Below, in pieces: positions 63,083-64,000 of a stretch of DNA of 64,000 nt (its first letter is position 1; the number at the start of each line of letters is the position of its first letter). The notes beneath the pieces are model-generated. The model was not told the DNA's origin. It saw only the letters and a list, made by a program, of their open reading frames with translations, and made no database searches. Both the position numbers and the translations under genes were made by a program. This DNA comes from Bacteroidales bacterium (lineage in GTDB: Bacteria > Bacteroidota > Bacteroidia > Bacteroidales > TTA-H9), in the NCBI GenBank assembly GCA_028689615.1, contig JAQVCV010000001.1, positions 133,697 to 197,696 of the forward strand. Direction: 5' to 3'.

Positions 63083-63750
63083 TGAAGGCCACTCGTATAA
63101 AGATAAACACATGGACTTCAAGTTTCAGGTTTCCAAATCTGATGAGCGCTTTTCAACCAACACTTGATGTTCCACCGATTAGTACGATTATGGGGCTTAT
63201 AAACGCGGCCGCTGGGTATTATATTCAAAATCGAGAAATCTCACTTGGATACTATTTTGAATATTCAATGAAATCTGTGGACCTGGAATCCATTTATCAG
63301 ATTTCTCTGCATCGTACTAAATCAGGGATATCTCCAAGTAATATAGCGATTCCAAATGTTATCCAAAGAGAATTTTTATATGATTGCCAATTATATCTGT
63401 TCCTTGCTGACAATGAAATTATTGATTACTTTTACAATCCCAGGTATCCTCTGCTTTTGGGACGAAGTAGTGATCTAGCCGGAATTGAAAGCATAAAGGA
63501 GGTTGAAATAGATACTGTGCTGAATGCTAAATTGGCTGGTCAAGTTATTCCCTTCAATGGCAACTATCTCCCTGGTGTAATACAGGCGCTACCCCGCTAT
63601 TTTACTAATACTATTCCTAGGAAAAATATTGGAACAGAACCATTTTCTGTAATATCATACGATAATCCAATTAATTCAAATCTAACTGGATATAAATCCA
63701 ATCTGAATGAATTTGATAGCGATCTATTCTTTCATCATTTAAGATTATGA
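63082..63750 (+). CDS. cas5: Cas5 (Cas5t-like)
   Basis: 222 aa. TWTSSFRFPNLMSAFQPTLDVPPISTIMGLINAAAG. Start overlaps the cas7 stop by 1 nt. Confidence 0.8.
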   Translation: MKATRIKINTWTSSFRFPNLMSAFQPTLDVPPISTIMGLINAAAGYYIQNREISLGYYFEYSMKSVDLESIYQISLHRTKSGISPSNIAIPNVIQREFLYDCQLYLFLADNEIIDYFYNPRYPLLLGRSSDLAGIESIKEVEIDTVLNAKLAGQVIPFNGNYLPGVIQALPRYFTNTIPRKNIGTEPFSVISYDNPINSNLTGYKSNLNEFDSDLFFHHLRL

Positions 63751-64000
63751 ATAAATCACAACCGGAGGTCTGGGCAAAATCCGGACCTCCTGTTTCTCTT
63801 AAACAACATATTGCAGAATGTCTTCTATTTATGAATTCACTGCAGAAGGCTTTTCAGCGGCTTCCTATTGCAGATGCTGAACATTTTTGGAGTATTCTGA
63901 AAATAGGCATTGTATTACATGATCTTGGGAAGGCTCATAATGAATTTCAAAAAATGTTAGAAGGTAAAAAATCTCGTTGGTACCATCAACGACATGAATT
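63747..64000 (+). CDS. cas3: Cas3, N-terminal HD nuclease domain (runs off the window)
   Basis: Hand translation: MNKSQPEVWAKSGPPVSLKQHIAECLL...IGIVLHDLGKAHNEFQK...WYHQRHE (HDLGK and RHE HD-domain motifs). ATGA overlap with cas5. Confidence 0.8.
   Translation, partial: MNKSQPEVWAKSGPPVSLKQHIAECLLFMNSLQKAFQRLPIADAEHFWSILKIGIVLHDLGKAHNEFQKMLEGKKSRWYHQRHE

Overview
The window looks like a chromosomal segment of a Bacteroidota-type genome. This is inferred from T9SS C-terminal sorting domains, TAnnTTTG promoter boxes in front of many genes, and choice-of-anchor and SpvB/RHS surface proteins. Layout: (i) 1-19.6 kb is an accessory surface/toxin region. It holds a four-helix-bundle gene embedded in heptamer arrays, a small T9SS-tagged YD protein, and an Rhs polymorphic-toxin island (one 2194-aa gene plus two orphan toxin/immunity cassettes). 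It ends with a tail-fibre-like gene and a T9SS cargo gene. (ii) 19.6-21.35 kb is a gene-free 1.7-kb tract built from several repeat families, including a 21-bp x17 satellite and a cluster of TTCCTG motifs. (iii) 21-56 kb is mostly housekeeping: hutH, S41 Ctp peptidase, an EF-G paralog, tadA, a three-gene hybrid-kinase phosphorelay, a solute symporter, cinA and DUF2461. It also carries two FtsX/MacB-type permeases, PLD, EamA, NlpC/P60, a TPR-SpoIIE phosphatase, ispG, a PHP histidinol phosphatase and a ClC channel. Two small insertions interrupt it: a 505-bp nucleotidyltransferase cassette between perfect 62-bp direct repeats, and a 506-bp non-coding element bounded by terminal inverted repeats. 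(iv) 56.4-64 kb is a subtype I-B-like CRISPR-Cas locus in the non-canonical order cas6-cas4-cas1-cas2 / 638-bp gap / large subunit-cas7-cas5-cas3. Base composition changes stepwise across it, no CRISPR array is present in the window, and a pair of hairpin-containing direct repeats brackets the cas6-cas2 block. Many intergenic regions carry related low-complexity arrays that share one small hairpin core. The items most worth follow-up are these: the T9SS-tagged YD mini-gene whose 5' end is duplicated in front of each Rhs orphan cassette, the array-less mosaic CRISPR-Cas locus with its bracketing repeats, and the two small insertion elements. All calls come from reading the sequence and ORF translations, and family names are from memory of motif patterns. 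No database search was run.
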